60,513 bases of DNA, filler included, from Piptocephalis cylindrospora (GCA_003614145.1; 5 parts of 5 records of this genome joined end to end with filler, not necessarily neighbours in it); one strand, 5' to 3'; shown: positions 9,909 through 21,477, counted from the first letter of the whole stretch. Translations and numbers: made by a program. Notes: generated by a model from the letters alone, not told the origin.

Positions 9909-12103
9909 ATGTCATCAAAAGACACCGAGGAACCAGCCATCTCCTTGGAAAAGAGTTTGTCCAAGCTCTCCCTCGATCCTCAGATCTTTGGCCCCTTCGT
10001 CGAGGCTGTTCTGGCCGATAAGGACGTTTCCGAGGAGGAGAAACGCGACACTCTATGTGAATCCCTTTCCAGCAGCTGTCTCACCGCCGTAAGTCTCTTT
10101 CTCCTTTCTCATTTATCCTAGAGTATGGCCTTTGGATCCCTTGCACATAGTCTTACTTACCCTGGCTGTTTATGCTTTCCTCCATCCTATTTTTGGAATG
10201 GGTCCATGAATAACACGTAGACGCATACCGAAGTGGATGCTGTGGTAAAATCTCTCATCAGTATCAAAGACACTCTTCCTTCTTCTCCCCCTTCATCCCT
10301 TCGTGGTGGGGCTAAGAGGGGAGCGCTATTACCCAGTGATGCCCCGACCTTTCGACCACCCCTTATGGCCTCCTCTCCTTGGGCTTCCCATACTTCCTCC
10401 ACCTTTCCATCCCTCTACTCTGGAAGAGACCCATCTGCTCCGCCTCCCTCCTCCTACTTCCCTCCACCATCCACCTTGACCTCCAGCCCCGCCTCTCTCT
10501 TCCATCCCCCTTCCTATCCCACCGCATCCCTCTCCCTGGGCCTTTCCACATCTTCCTCGGAGGTGATGCCCTCTTCCTACTCCCCATTGGCTGGGCTGGG
10601 AGCCAAAGAGGGCCTAATGGCTTCTCAATCCATTTCCATGGCTCAGTCCCCCCCATCCCATGCACCCCCCATCCCCGGTTCCGCCCTGACCTCCTCTCCA
10701 GGATCCGGCATTCTTCCCACCCTTAGTCCCAGTCTAAGACCCACAATGACATTTGGTCCAGAGCCCAGTATGGGCCTCGGAAGGTCTACTTCCATGAATC
10801 TTTCCTTTCTCCGTACCCCTGTTCATGGCGAGAATCCCATGGCCTGCCCGCCCAGCTCTATGGGCATCCTCGGCGCTGGGCCATCCACTGGAGGCCTGTG
10901 TGACCCCAAGTCACTTTCCTCCATCTCCTCCACCTCCTTTCTTATGACCTCATCGCCCTCTTCTCCTTCTTCCACTGTCACCGTCTCTAGTGTCTCCCCT
11001 ACCTCCATGGGAGTGTCCTCCTCTCCATCCTCCCTTTCTACTGCTTCCCGCCTTACCCCAATGGCTCAGCCATTTACTCCTGGTGGCTCTTCCTCCCATC
11101 TGACACCAACGGCTGAACCTTTCACTCCTAGTGGTTCCTCCCAACTGACCCCAACAGCTCAGCCCTTCACCCCTGGTGGGTCCGTCTCTTACCCTCGCCC
11201 TTCCTCCTCCTCCTCCACTCCATCATCGACGAGAAAGACAACATCCAGGAGGCCCGCTCCAAAGACGGTTAAAGAAGTGTTGGCCGGATGGGAAAGGGGT
11301 GAGTTGGACATGGGCGAATTCGCCGCCTTGATGAATATTTTGGATTCGGGAGGAAGTCCTTCCGGATCTTCTTCACCTCCTCCCACCCTCTCTCCTCCCC
11401 TCTCTCAGTCCTCCTACTCATCAGGAGTGGATGTGGGAATAAGGTCTGGAGGTGATCTTACATCCTCTTCACTCTCCTCCCCACCCTCCCCGACCATGTC
11501 CACGGATGTGGATGGATGGACCATAGAGGAGATTGAAGAGGTGGAAGAAGAGATGGAAGGGATGCAGCCTTTGACTCCTCTTGGTCTCCTTTGTTCCGTC
11601 TTCCCGGGTATCCCGCCTGATCGGCTTTCCACTGCCTTATCCCTCACTGGATATGACATCCAAAAGGCCTTGACCCTCCTGACTGACACAGGAACCTCTC
11701 CCTCTTCCCCCTCCTCCTCCTCCCCTCCCCCCAATATCGTCTTCTTCTTCTTCCGCTTCTTCCTCGGATCCCTCTAAGCCACGGGGAGATCGGATCTGTC
11801 GGCATTTCATGGCAGGAGCCTGTTATCGTCGAGATTGTTGGTACTCACATGATCCTACGGCGTGCATCTGCAAATTCTGGCTACGTGGTGCGTGCTCTCG
11901 GCCTGAAGGTGAATGCCCCTTTCTCCAGGGTGTGGATCCCTCAATGCTTCCCCCGCCCCCAGCCTCTGCTGGAGGCCCCTGGGGCTTTGGCCCTGATGAG
12001 GAAAGGGGGGCAGGATGGAGGAAAGAGGGGGCGGGTGAGTTGGAGGTGGGTCTAGAGGACGAAGAAGCCTTCCGGATCTTCTTCACCTCCTCCCACCCTC
12101 TCT
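9909..12103 (+). CDS. PAM2-repeat / CUE / CCCH zinc-finger protein (architecture of fungal CCCH-Smr proteins); 3'-truncated by the gap, apparent frameshift near 11722-11732
   Basis: Exon 9909-10088, intron, exon from 10221. Three LTPxA[QE]PFTP motifs; CUE-like LCSVFPGIPPDRLSTALSLTGYDIQKALTLL; after the frame change ICRHFMAGACYRRDCWYSHD and CKFWLRGACSRPEGECPF. Confidence 0.75.
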
Positions 12104-12203
12104 NNNNNNNNNNNNNNNNNNNNNNNNNNNNNNNNNNNNNNNNNNNNTTAATTAATTAANNNNNNNNNNNNNNNNNNNNNNNNNNNNNNNNNNNNNNNNN
12201 NNN
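12104..12203. other. Artificial contig linker N44-TTAATTAATTAA-N44
   Basis: Identical 100-bp spacer with stops in all six frames, four times in the window. Confidence 0.98.
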
Positions 12204-13879
12204 AACCATGCACCTACTTACCGCATCATCCTGAACCCACCAGGAAGAGGAGGATGTCGAGGTGGAAGAGGATACGGACGATACCGAGTACAAGGAGGTA
12301 GGAACTCGACGTGGCCTCCCAAATACATCAGCCATACTCGTTGACCGACGGACCAGACAAGATTCGTCTGAGGGGCCCTGTGTTCCCGAGGAGGGGCTGC
12401 CGACAGTTCGTAAGGCCGAGGCAGCAGCAAAGCCCCAGGCAGCTCCAGCCCCTATAGTCGTTGCCGAGGAGGATGAATTGGGTCTTGAGGAGGATGCACC
12501 AGGGGAAGAAGGCATGGACCTGTCAGGAGGAACAGAGGATGAAGATGAGAGGGATAGGGGAGCAAGTTGCCTGGGAAGGGAAATAAGTGTCTGGGCCTTG
12601 GAGTAAGCCTTCTCATCCCCAGTTCGATAACCTGATCGATCCTTTCGACGACGCTGACGAGCAAGATGGGCTTGGATAGCCCTGTTGGCCTCACGGTGCC
12701 AGGAAAGGGCCTCCTCTCGACTGGGAGCAATCCACCTGAAATGATCCCGACCCGTCTTGACCGTCAAGCACCTCCACTCGATGGACTCGGCAACCCCGGG
12801 ATTAGGCATGACTGAATGAGCCGGAAGAGCTGGGGGCAAAGGGACCGATGAGGAAGGGGTGATTCCCTCGGGTCCCTCTACTCCTTCCTCTCCCTCTCCA
12901 TCCGGGACAACCAGGTTGATGGCAAGGAGATGTAGAGGTATGGTGATGGGTCGTGTAAGCAGGGGGATGTGAGTGGGGCAGGGTGAGATGGGGAAGGAAC
13001 CATAGATGAGCAGATCGGTCAGGAGAAATACTTGACGCGGTGAGGGTACGTAGACGGATGGGGCTTGTACGGAGGAGATAAAAGCAGAGTCGAGGGTGGA
13101 AATCACGCTATTTGAACTGGAGGCACGAGATCTCCCCCGGGTTCGTGCCCGGTTCAACGGCCCCTGATCAATAGACATGGGGCTAGATGGCACCGGTGAT
13201 CTCTCTGAGGGGGACCCAGCGCCCCGAGTATCCTTTAGAAGGGTACCCGAGAGTAAAAGCTGCCTTGGTCCGGAGCTCATCAGAGGCTTTCCCGTGGAAA
13301 AGGCCATCTCTACCCCAAGTAGCGTATGGACCTCCCGAAAGGGCCGGGGCTGCAGGAGTCTACGACGAATTCGGGCCTTTGTTACCCTGGAGAGCTGAGG
13401 AGGAGCGCTGAGAAGGCTGCTCTTTGGCATACCTCTACATGGATACGTACAAGATGAGATGGGGAGGAAGGAGAGAAGAATTGGATGTACACTTACCCAT
13501 CCATGACTGGCAAGGTCGAAGATACTGGGGGATGTGAGGGCATAGAGACGGAAGCAGAAATCTCTGAGGGCGCAATACGGGCAGATGCCTTCCCTGGTAG
13601 GCTCAATGGAGATACGGGGCGAGGGGATGCACTTCCAGGAGATGCTGGCTGGCTTTGAACGGAACGGTCCTGCCGCGTCTGGATGGGCTGAAGGTAGGGC
13701 CGGATGGACTGGGAAGAGTGGTGAGATCGGGGTAGGACGGGTCGACGAGGCATTGGCGCCGAGATGAATGGCATGGAGGTCTGGGCTGGTGTCTGAACCT
13801 CAACCGTCCCAGATGCCGTCGAGGAGGATGCCGGTTCCGAGGGCGTAGGCGAGGAAGTGGCCGAAGAGACCTGTGACAT
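12204..13879 (-). CDS. PH + FYVE domain protein, 3'-truncated by the gap (intron 13435-13496)
   Basis: PH-like segments (LLLSGTLLK, RQVFLLTDLLIYG, FRWIAPSREEALSWHREANRAI), then FYVE start WVQDDAVSRCMV at the contig edge; start codon uncertain. Confidence 0.72.
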
Positions 13880-15338
13880 GGTACTGGCTGAGGGAAGACG
13901 GGATGAGGGAAAGGAACTATACACGAAAGGAGGGGAGGAAAGGGGAAAGAGAGCGATATATCAGACAAACGGCCAGATGAAGTGGAGGCGGAGAACGGAG
14001 AGGGAGGAGTGACAGCGATGGGCGGAGCTGGACAGGGGAGCGGTCAGGACCGTGGGCTTTTTAAATGTGAGTGCCTTCCCCTGAAGGGGTAGTGATGATG
14101 AACCTATAGTGGAGGGATTCTGTCAGGCGTCGGAGTCGGGTACGTGACAACTCCGAAAACGGGACAAGGGGCTTGAACTCGGTCTGTCTGGGAGGGCCCA
14201 ACTCATAGGCTTATGTCTGTGCTGGACCCGGCTGAGGAGCTCGGTGGGAGGTCAGGGCGTACAGAAATCAACGGAAGGTTTAGGACGGATCGTCTCTTGA
14301 CCATGAAGGACATGAAACATTTCATAGATATAGGAAGATTCTGATGGGATCATCCTGATGAGAAACATGACAGGGGTGCTCCTCATCCATGTTGCTCACG
14401 GTACGAGAATATGAGTGGGCGGACAGGGCAAGCTAGGTCAAGGAGCGTTTACGCTTTTCCGCTGGACTAGATCATTCCATGCGTTCTTAATACCTCAAGG
14501 CTGATTAGTGGGATAAAACCAGATGAATTAGCCGTCAGAGCTTAAATGACCCATACATAGAGAAAGAGAGGGAATGAATGATCAGGCTGTGTTTTGTTGT
14601 GACCTTATCCATCTGACTTTTCTGATCTACCAAAACTACAGCAAAATGACCTGGGGATGTTATTGCTGAATGTCAGTGTCCCGATTTTCTGTCTTCAGTT
14701 CTTTTTGAGGGCCTGGAAATATTAAATGGGACTGGTCCTTGATTTTTATAGAAATAATCGGCAGCATTTTTCGAATTAGAAAAGGCTCATAACTCAATAA
14801 TAAGGCATCACCATGGTGAAATAGGTCATCCCATGACTCCCCCGGATTGACCTACAGGGATAAGGACACTGAGTCTAGGGCTTGGGTGAGTAGGTGAGAC
14901 CGACTGGCCGCTCTCCCACCCTCTAAACCCAGTCATTTCCCAGTCCGGGTCTGGGGCTCATGATGTTGACTCTCTCGCACTTTGGCCAAGCATTCATGGT
15001 GTATCTATCGCCGTGACAAGTTCGGGTGTAATTGTGGTCCATACTTGGACTGGTCCGTCCCCCCAGTGTGGGTGCTTTCTCTCCTCAAAGGCTAACAACT
15101 TTCAGCCGCGGCTTGTTCATCCTGGGGATCCGCTTAGCCCATTACTGGAAGCATGCCCTACCACCCTCAAGGGCCCACACAGACACACAGAACATACACA
15201 CACACACACATGGAGTCGCACATTCCTATCATCTCAGGTCTTTTTCTCACCTTCCTGTTCATCTTCCCTGCCTTCCTATCCTCCCTCCTCCTCCTCTTGC
15301 TCCTTCGTTCTCAATAGCTTTAGCTCCTCACCGTCCTC

Positions 15339-16120
15339 ATGCCCGCTTCGCCCATTGCCATCTTGTACCTTTGCCGACACGGAGAAACCGCCTTTAATGC
15401 CGCTGGAGTCCTTCAAGGAGCAGGGATAGACCCGCCACTCAACGAACGAGGCCAACTGCAGGCCCAAAGACTTGGGGAGCGCTTCCACCACGTCCCTCTC
15501 TCCCTCTTGGTCACAACACCACTTCAGGTAAGCTAGAAGAGCGAAAGGAGCAGAGGAAAGGACTTACCCTCACGTCATCCATCCTTGTACAGAGAGCCAA
15601 GGAAACGCTGGACCAGGTGGCCAAATATCATCCGGAAGTAGATATGGTAGTGGAGAGGGGCCTTGGGGAAATCCATTGGGGTGAGCTGGAGGGCAAGGAA
15701 AATCCGGATCTCACAGCCCTATTTGCCCACTGGGAAGCTGGTGATTTCGATGCCAAAACCCGAGGTGGCGAATCGCCCAAAGAAGTGGAGGATCGAGTGA
15801 GGCCAGCCATGGCCAGGGTTCTAGAGGCTGCCCTCCCCTCGGCCTCGGGGCCTCCTTCATCATCTATTCCGTCCATTGTTTTTGTCGTTCACGGCAGGCT
15901 CCTTCGCATCCTCCTCTCCTCCCTCCTCGAGGGGTCACTCTCCAAGATGCAATCATACACCCACCACAATACGTGTGTCAATACCGTCGAGGTCTATCGG
16001 CAAGATAAATCCAAAGACCAAGAGGGGGATCTATTGGCAGGATATCGCTTTGTGGCGACGGACTTGGACAATACTACCCATCTGGCTGGTATTGCCCCTC
16101 CGTCCGATAATCCTACATAA
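15339..16120 (+). CDS. Histidine phosphatase / phosphoglycerate mutase family protein (exons 15339-15527, 15593-16120)
   Basis: LYLCRHGET, PLNERGQLQA, TPLQ|RAKET, LGEIHWGELEG, GGES and VVHG motifs. Confidence 0.93.
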
Positions 16121-16639
16121 ATTGCACATGATCAGGAAGAAAAGGTTCAGAAGCGACGGGGTGTGGAGAAGTGAAAGGGACACGGGAACCTGGATAGACC
16201 TTTCAGGCCGCCTGCCTTCGTATACATGGGAAGAAAAGATCTCTTGGAATAGAAAGACTCTTGGTACTTGGGGGGAATGGTGATCTTTAAGGCTTTTTTA
16301 CTATCAATTAAATTGACCGGGCTTTCCCGTTCTAAAAAATGTATCTATACGAATGATAATAATAATAGTAACAGTAACAGTAATAATAACAACATAATAT
16401 GGCCAAGGAAACCGCATCATCGTCCACCGTTTGCATGGCTTAGACGCGCACATTATCCATAACGACTTATACTGTGGCACACACTTTTTTTCTTTTTCTC
16501 TGAAGCCCACACAATTTATGGAGCTGGACGGGGTAAGGACACAAAAGAGGATGGGTACAGTTCTTGGGCCGTGTCTCCGTCTTCATGGTACCTTTGATTC
16601 TTTCCAGTATCGTTCATCTTACAAATTCATCCTCACATC

Positions 16640-18179
16640 ATGTCGAATACAGCAGTGAAAGAGTGGCTTGACATCCTGCCCAAATTCACAGAGTCGGTCC
16701 GTGGGATCGAGGAGCAGGTCAAGACCTTATCCGGTCGAGTGCGCCAGGGAGAATTGCCAACTGAAAAGGGCATGTCCCTTCTAGAGCTTAAGCAGCGTAA
16801 GTTACTTGATCCGAAGCCACTTTCTTCCCCTGCTCATCCTCACACCTATGGTAGAGCTGATGCTGCAATACTTGACCGATCTATCCTTGCTACTCGAGGC
16901 CAAGGTCCAAGGGATCCCTCTTTCTTCCTCCACAGATGACCGAGAGGAGGCTCCCCTGACCAAGGAGGTCATCTGGGATATGGCGGAGATCCGCGTTATT
17001 ATGGAAAAAATGAAGGGAGCCGAGCAGAAGAGTCGTTACCAGATCGACAAGCTCATTCGGGCTGGCATGGCCGCAAAGGAGGCCGAGGAAAATGAGTCCT
17101 CGGGAGAGCCATCCGCAACCAATATGGGTAAGTGGATGCGTGCAGATAATGAGGGATTTCTTTTCCTTCTTTTCCACAGTGCTTTCAAAGCCCCTTTCTA
17201 TGCCTTTTTACCTACTAAACCTCATTCTCTTCCCTTTTCTAACCCATAGAGGATCCTTATCAATTCAAGCCGGATCCTCAGTCGTTAGTCTCCCAAGAAG
17301 AGGAAGACCAGGAGGCGCAGAAGGAAGAAAAAAAGATGGCGCCTTCCAAGAAGGGAAAGACCGGGGATTCATCCGATGCCGTCCCGGCAAATGCCGATGG
17401 CACTGCTCTGTACCGAGCCCCGAAGATCGCTCCGGTACACTGGGAGGAGGATACGCTCAAAGGAAAGGATCGGCGGGAGGCTAGAACGGAGGAGCGGAGA
17501 AAGCAAAAAGTGGCCCAGTCTCGCTTCATGCGTGACCTCGTCACTGAGTTGGATGAGCGACCTGAAGAGGAGGATGCCATGGGTGGTGTCCGCTCTGGCT
17601 ATGGCGGGGATGACCGAGAGCAACAACGAGCTAATGAGGTGGAGTCATGGGAGGAGGATAACTTTGTCCGTCGGATCGTCAAGAAGAGCGAGAGGAAGAA
17701 GCAGGAGAAGATGGCCCTATCCAATTTTGACAATGAGTTCCGCAACCTCAATGACCTTTCCGCCATTTCTGTCATGCAGGATGTGGAGGAACGGGACCGA
17801 GATGGCCACTTTTCCCTCCAGACCCGTCTTCGACGTAATGAGGCTGAGCAGGGCAGTAGAGTAAGTGAATCTTTAATGGTAGCTGTACCGGATTGGGTTG
17901 TGTATGGTGTAGGTTGAAAGTATATTATGTTCCTCTGATCTAACCTAACCTAACCTAACCTAACCTCCCTCCCTTCCACTTCTTAATGGTGATTAGACGA
18001 TCGGGAAGAGGAAGAATGCCCGTGGGGACTCTCGTGAGTACAATCTGGGAGAGCTCTTTGGTGAAGCCAGTAATGATCGGGAAGGAGGAGGAAATTTCCA
18101 GGCCGAGAGGAAGCGTGCTAAGCGTCAAGCTTCGTACAAGGGCAAGAGTCGTGGTGGCAGCAGCTCCAAGCGTCGTTGA
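16640..18179 (+). CDS. LCP5: U3 snoRNP / SSU processome protein Lcp5 (neuroguidin; Sas10/Utp3/C1D domain), 4 exons
   Basis: KGMSLLELKQQLMLQYL, EIRVIMEKMKGAEQKSRYQIDKLIR, LYRAPKIAPVHW, ESWEEDNFVR; basic C-terminal tail; GT-AG introns. Confidence 0.9.
17940..17965. repeat. (CTAAC)5 pentamer repeat inside the last LCP5 intron
   Basis: ctaacctaacctaacctaacctaacc ~30 nt before the 3' splice site. Confidence 0.9.
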
Positions 18180-18530
18180 TCATCACTATTGTTCTCATTC
18201 AATGATTTTTATAGGACATGGGATGACATGGGGTGGATAAGATATACTCCCTTTATGTTTGTACGAACGTCATGAGGAAAAAATTTACGTTGATGCATTC
18301 ACTCTTTTTCCCCTTGCCTCGTTTGGTGATATGATTAGGGATGGCTACTCTAATCCAATGGACGGTGGAGTATGGGATAATGCGCATTTTCAAAGGTATA
18401 TAGGGAATATCAAATTATGAGCAGAGTCAAGATGTCTATTCTCCAGAGTGAGGTACCTCCTCCCTCTACCTCTTACACCATTACCCCTAATCGGTAACTA
18501 GTAGATACTCACGCCTATACATCATAGCCC

Positions 18531-18583
18531 TAGTAGTAGTAAACAGCGAAATGTATTGGGGAGATTACAATCTTCAAGTCTCA
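18531..18583 (-). mobile_element. Short non-LTR-like 3'-end insert, (CTA)n-tail family, copy 1
   Basis: Shares GTAGTA(A)ACAGCGAAATGT..ATTACAATC with 46492-46547; flanked by a degenerate 16-bp direct repeat (18515-18530 / 18584-18599, 13/16). Confidence 0.6.
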
Positions 18584-18733
18584 CTATATATCATAACTCT
18601 CTGTGTCCAGATTTATGAGATGGCTTTTTTCTAGCAAAATATGGACTCTAATTATATATTTGGGGACGCATCCCCTAGCCAACCAATAGGATAGTAATCT
18701 CTACGGGATAAGGAGTCTTGAAAAATTTTTATT

Positions 18734-18816
18734 GGAGAGATGGCCGAGCGGTCTAAGGCGCCACGTTCAGGTCGTGGTCATCGATGATGGCGTGGGTTCG
18801 AATCCCACTCTCTTCA
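18734..18816 (+). tRNA. tRNA-Leu (CAG)
   Basis: GGAGAGA/TCTCTTC acceptor stem, anticodon arm CCACG-TTCAGGT-CGTGG, long variable arm, GGTTCGAATCC, discriminator A. Confidence 0.96.
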
Positions 18817-18895
18817 CTATTTTGTGCTATTTTTAAAGCGAATGTAGACAGACTGGTGGAAGGTATGGAGCCTGACACAGAGGATAGGAAATGCT

Positions 18896-20287
18896 ATGAC
18901 TTCTATATCTCTTTCCTTTCCCTTCCCCATGTCAGGTTGCATGTGCCTTGGTTCGGCCTCGTTTCGCCCCTTGAATGGACCCTATCCTCTTTCCTGCTAT
19001 CTCCGGACACGAAGGGCCTGTAGAGTCAATGTAGGCCGGGCCCTATCCTCGGCCACCTCCCTTCATCGTGCTCTGATCCAACCTCCGTCGTCCGCATCGC
19101 ATCTCTCGGCCTTGGCCAACCGTGCTCTCTATCAGCATCCCATCCCACATCCTCACGTCCTTCATCAGCTCTTCCAGGCTGCAATACGCCTGATTCTGCC
19201 GTCTCCCAGGGCATACGCAGATCAGGAGAGCCGGCGTACCCTCACCCAGGTACTTCGCCGACTTGAGCCGTTCGTCCGACCAACACAGGACCATGATTCG
19301 CTTATCCTCACCTGTACCTACGCTGCCATTTTGGCGGATCCTAGCAGGACCTCGGAGGTCAGAGCCTTGATTAATCCTGCCCAATCCATTTCCTTGAGTA
19401 CAGCTTCCACCAATTTGGCCTTGAATCTCGAGTCGGTCTTGGCCCTGGGACACCTATTACGCGGCAATCCAAAGACAGCACTGAGCAGCATATATGATGC
19501 ATCCACCCGTCTCTCTCGATTGCCTATGGGTTTCCACTTGAGCAAGGCGTTTGTCATGAGTATATGTGGGGTCGAGTTCTTTCGTTTCTCTCTCCTCCTC
19601 GCTCTCTCCATTTGCTCAGATGATCCCCAGAGCCTTATTGCATCGGGAAAAGTTGCCTCCTTCTTCCTAAGCTCCGAGTACGTTTACCTTTCCACACCGC
19701 TTCTTCTCTCCATTTTTATGGGATTGGGCTTTGGTTTGAAACGATTATACGCCCAATCCTACTTCTCCACCCTTCCTTGGAATCTTTTCTCCTCCTCGTT
19801 TGGCATAAATCCTTCTATCCATGCTGTACCTCTTCAGGGCCTCAGTCCCTCCAGCCATCGCCGACCGCCTAGCTCTGTTTTGCTCCCAGCATGGGAGATG
19901 GAATCGTGGATGCTGGAAAGAGCAGGATTGGATGCAGCAAGGTTTTGGTGGGCGATTCCAGATCTGCGTGAGGGAATCTTAGATTTGAAGGTTGGAAAGC
20001 AGACTGGAGAAAGGCGGCCATTACGCTTCGCCTCCTTCCTTCAGGATTATTCAGGGCGAAGGCGCTACTTTATGCTTTCTGTCCTCCTCGGCTTATGCCG
20101 GTATGAGGATGTACAAGGGGTACGGGAAGTCCATCAGATCCTCACTCAGTCTGGCGTCCCGTACGATCCGTACATAGAATCCTCTGTGCAATACGTCCTC
20201 TCTCAGAAAGTGGGCACATGCGGTGAGAAAGGTATGGTTAAGAGGGGGGCTAGGCGCCCATCTTCCTCCTATGTAAATGATCAATAA
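18896..20287 (+). CDS. Hypothetical helical protein (463 aa), possibly a degenerate PPR-like mitochondrial protein
   Basis: Long intronless ORF; Arg-rich N-terminus; one weak PPR-like segment near the C-terminus (VLLGLCRYEDVQGVREVHQILTQSGVPYD). Confidence 0.6.
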   Translation: MTSISLSFPFPMSGCMCLGSASFRPLNGPYPLSCYLRTRRACRVNVGRALSSATSLHRALIQPPSSASHLSALANRALYQHPIPHPHVLHQLFQAAIRLILPSPRAYADQESRRTLTQVLRRLEPFVRPTQDHDSLILTCTYAAILADPSRTSEVRALINPAQSISLSTASTNLALNLESVLALGHLLRGNPKTALSSIYDASTRLSRLPMGFHLSKAFVMSICGVEFFRFSLLLALSICSDDPQSLIASGKVASFFLSSEYVYLSTPLLLSIFMGLGFGLKRLYAQSYFSTLPWNLFSSSFGINPSIHAVPLQGLSPSSHRRPPSSVLLPAWEMESWMLERAGLDAARFWWAIPDLREGILDLKVGKQTGERRPLRFASFLQDYSGRRRYFMLSVLLGLCRYEDVQGVREVHQILTQSGVPYDPYIESSVQYVLSQKVGTCGEKGMVKRGARRPSSSYVNDQ

Positions 20288-20559
20288 TAGCAATACCTAC
20301 TATCTGTCCTTGTTCATTGAGATTGAAAATATTTAAGGAAATGAAGCATGAATTAAATATGCATCTATTTAGGTATACGGCTGACGCATCCGTTCTTCGG
20401 TACTCTTTGTATAGTGGATCGTTATTACTCCGCGGCCACACGGTCCACTAGTCTAAATATCAGCATGTGCATCATCAGTGGAACCAAGTTGGCCTTTTCT
20501 AATCGTCTTGCGTCCTTTTTCTCTCTCTCCTCTCACTTCTCCATCACAATCACTTCACT

Positions 20560-21310
20560 ATGCTCGTCCGCGCCTTCCGTCCTCTTCAAAGCTCCTCCCT
20601 GTTTGCGACATCACTCACGCGATCTCCTTTAACCCGGATGCCTATGCGTTGTAGTACTGGTGCTCCCAGGAACTTGTTCGATGAGATGGGCGTCCGGTCC
20701 CCACTAGCCATCCAATCATGGACTCGAACAGGCTTTGTCACTCAAAGTGGTGAAGGAGGAGAGAAGAAGCACACGGGAGCTCTGATTATCCATAACAACG
20801 TCCCTCGGGCCTGGACTGAAGCGCCTAAGGTGTCCCCAGAGGGTGGATGGAAGGGCTGGGAAGCTTCAGATTTCGAGTTGGTCCTGCAGCGCATGAAGCC
20901 CAAGCCTGGTAGGTTGAACGTGAAACTTCTTGAAGGATTAATGATTAATAGTAGATTCCTATCCCTTATGCATTCTCTCGTCTTTATGATGGATATGTCC
21001 CTCGGCATAGATGTATTGGTCTTAGGTACTGGAAGAACTCTGATTCCCCCATCCCCTCCTTTGCGTAAGGCCCTTTTAGCCTCAGGTATCCCTACGGAGG
21101 TCCTTTCCACGGTAGGTGTCTTTGGATCTTTTTTCCTCTCCGAAACTCTAGGTTGTATTCTTGCGACCTCCTGCTAACTAGCTATATCCATATCGCTCTG
21201 GCCATGGCGAGTAGAGGCATGCCTGCGATACATTCAATGTATTACAAGAGGAAGGCCGCGTTGTCTCGGCTGCTCTCTTACCCATGGTTCCTGAGCCTGA
21301 AATGGAATGA
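20560..21310 (+). CDS. NDUFAF3: Complex I assembly factor NDUFAF3 (Mth938-like domain), 3 exons
   Basis: Mitochondrial-type presequence; spliced PKP|DVLVLGTGR..EVLST|RHACDTFNVLQEEGRVVSAALLP. Confidence 0.92.
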
Positions 21311-21477
21311 TAATAGATGCGGGGAGAGTCATCATTATCGCTTCATCCCAGTGATTTATGCTTGGCATACCTGTGACATTATGGACTAATAATCACAGCA
21401 CGACCCTTTTTATTCCCGCTTCGTGATCATTCGTCCTTTTATTCCTCTTCTGTAAAGGATCATGCACGTCCATCGTG

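Noticed and set aside
10299..10310. Second LRGG (SSLRGGAK) in the CUE/CCCH protein
   Set aside because: Only a 4-residue match in low-complexity sequence; expected by chance unless shown conserved.
12068..12103. 36-bp exact copy of 11358-11393 at the contig end
   Set aside because: Sits at the very edge, read in a different frame from the original; most likely a mis-join or chimera.
12148..12159. Recurrent palindrome TTAATTAATTAA
   Set aside because: Always centred in exactly 44+44 Ns; an artificial six-frame-stop linker.
14350..14385. CTGATGAGAAAC resembling a hammerhead ribozyme core
   Set aside because: No stem II between CTGATGA and GAAA, and no convincing stems I/III.
18734..18816. 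Possible CUG reassignment through tRNA-CAG
   Set aside because: Body nearly identical to tRNA-Leu(AAG), with U33 and A73; no Ser or Ala identity features.
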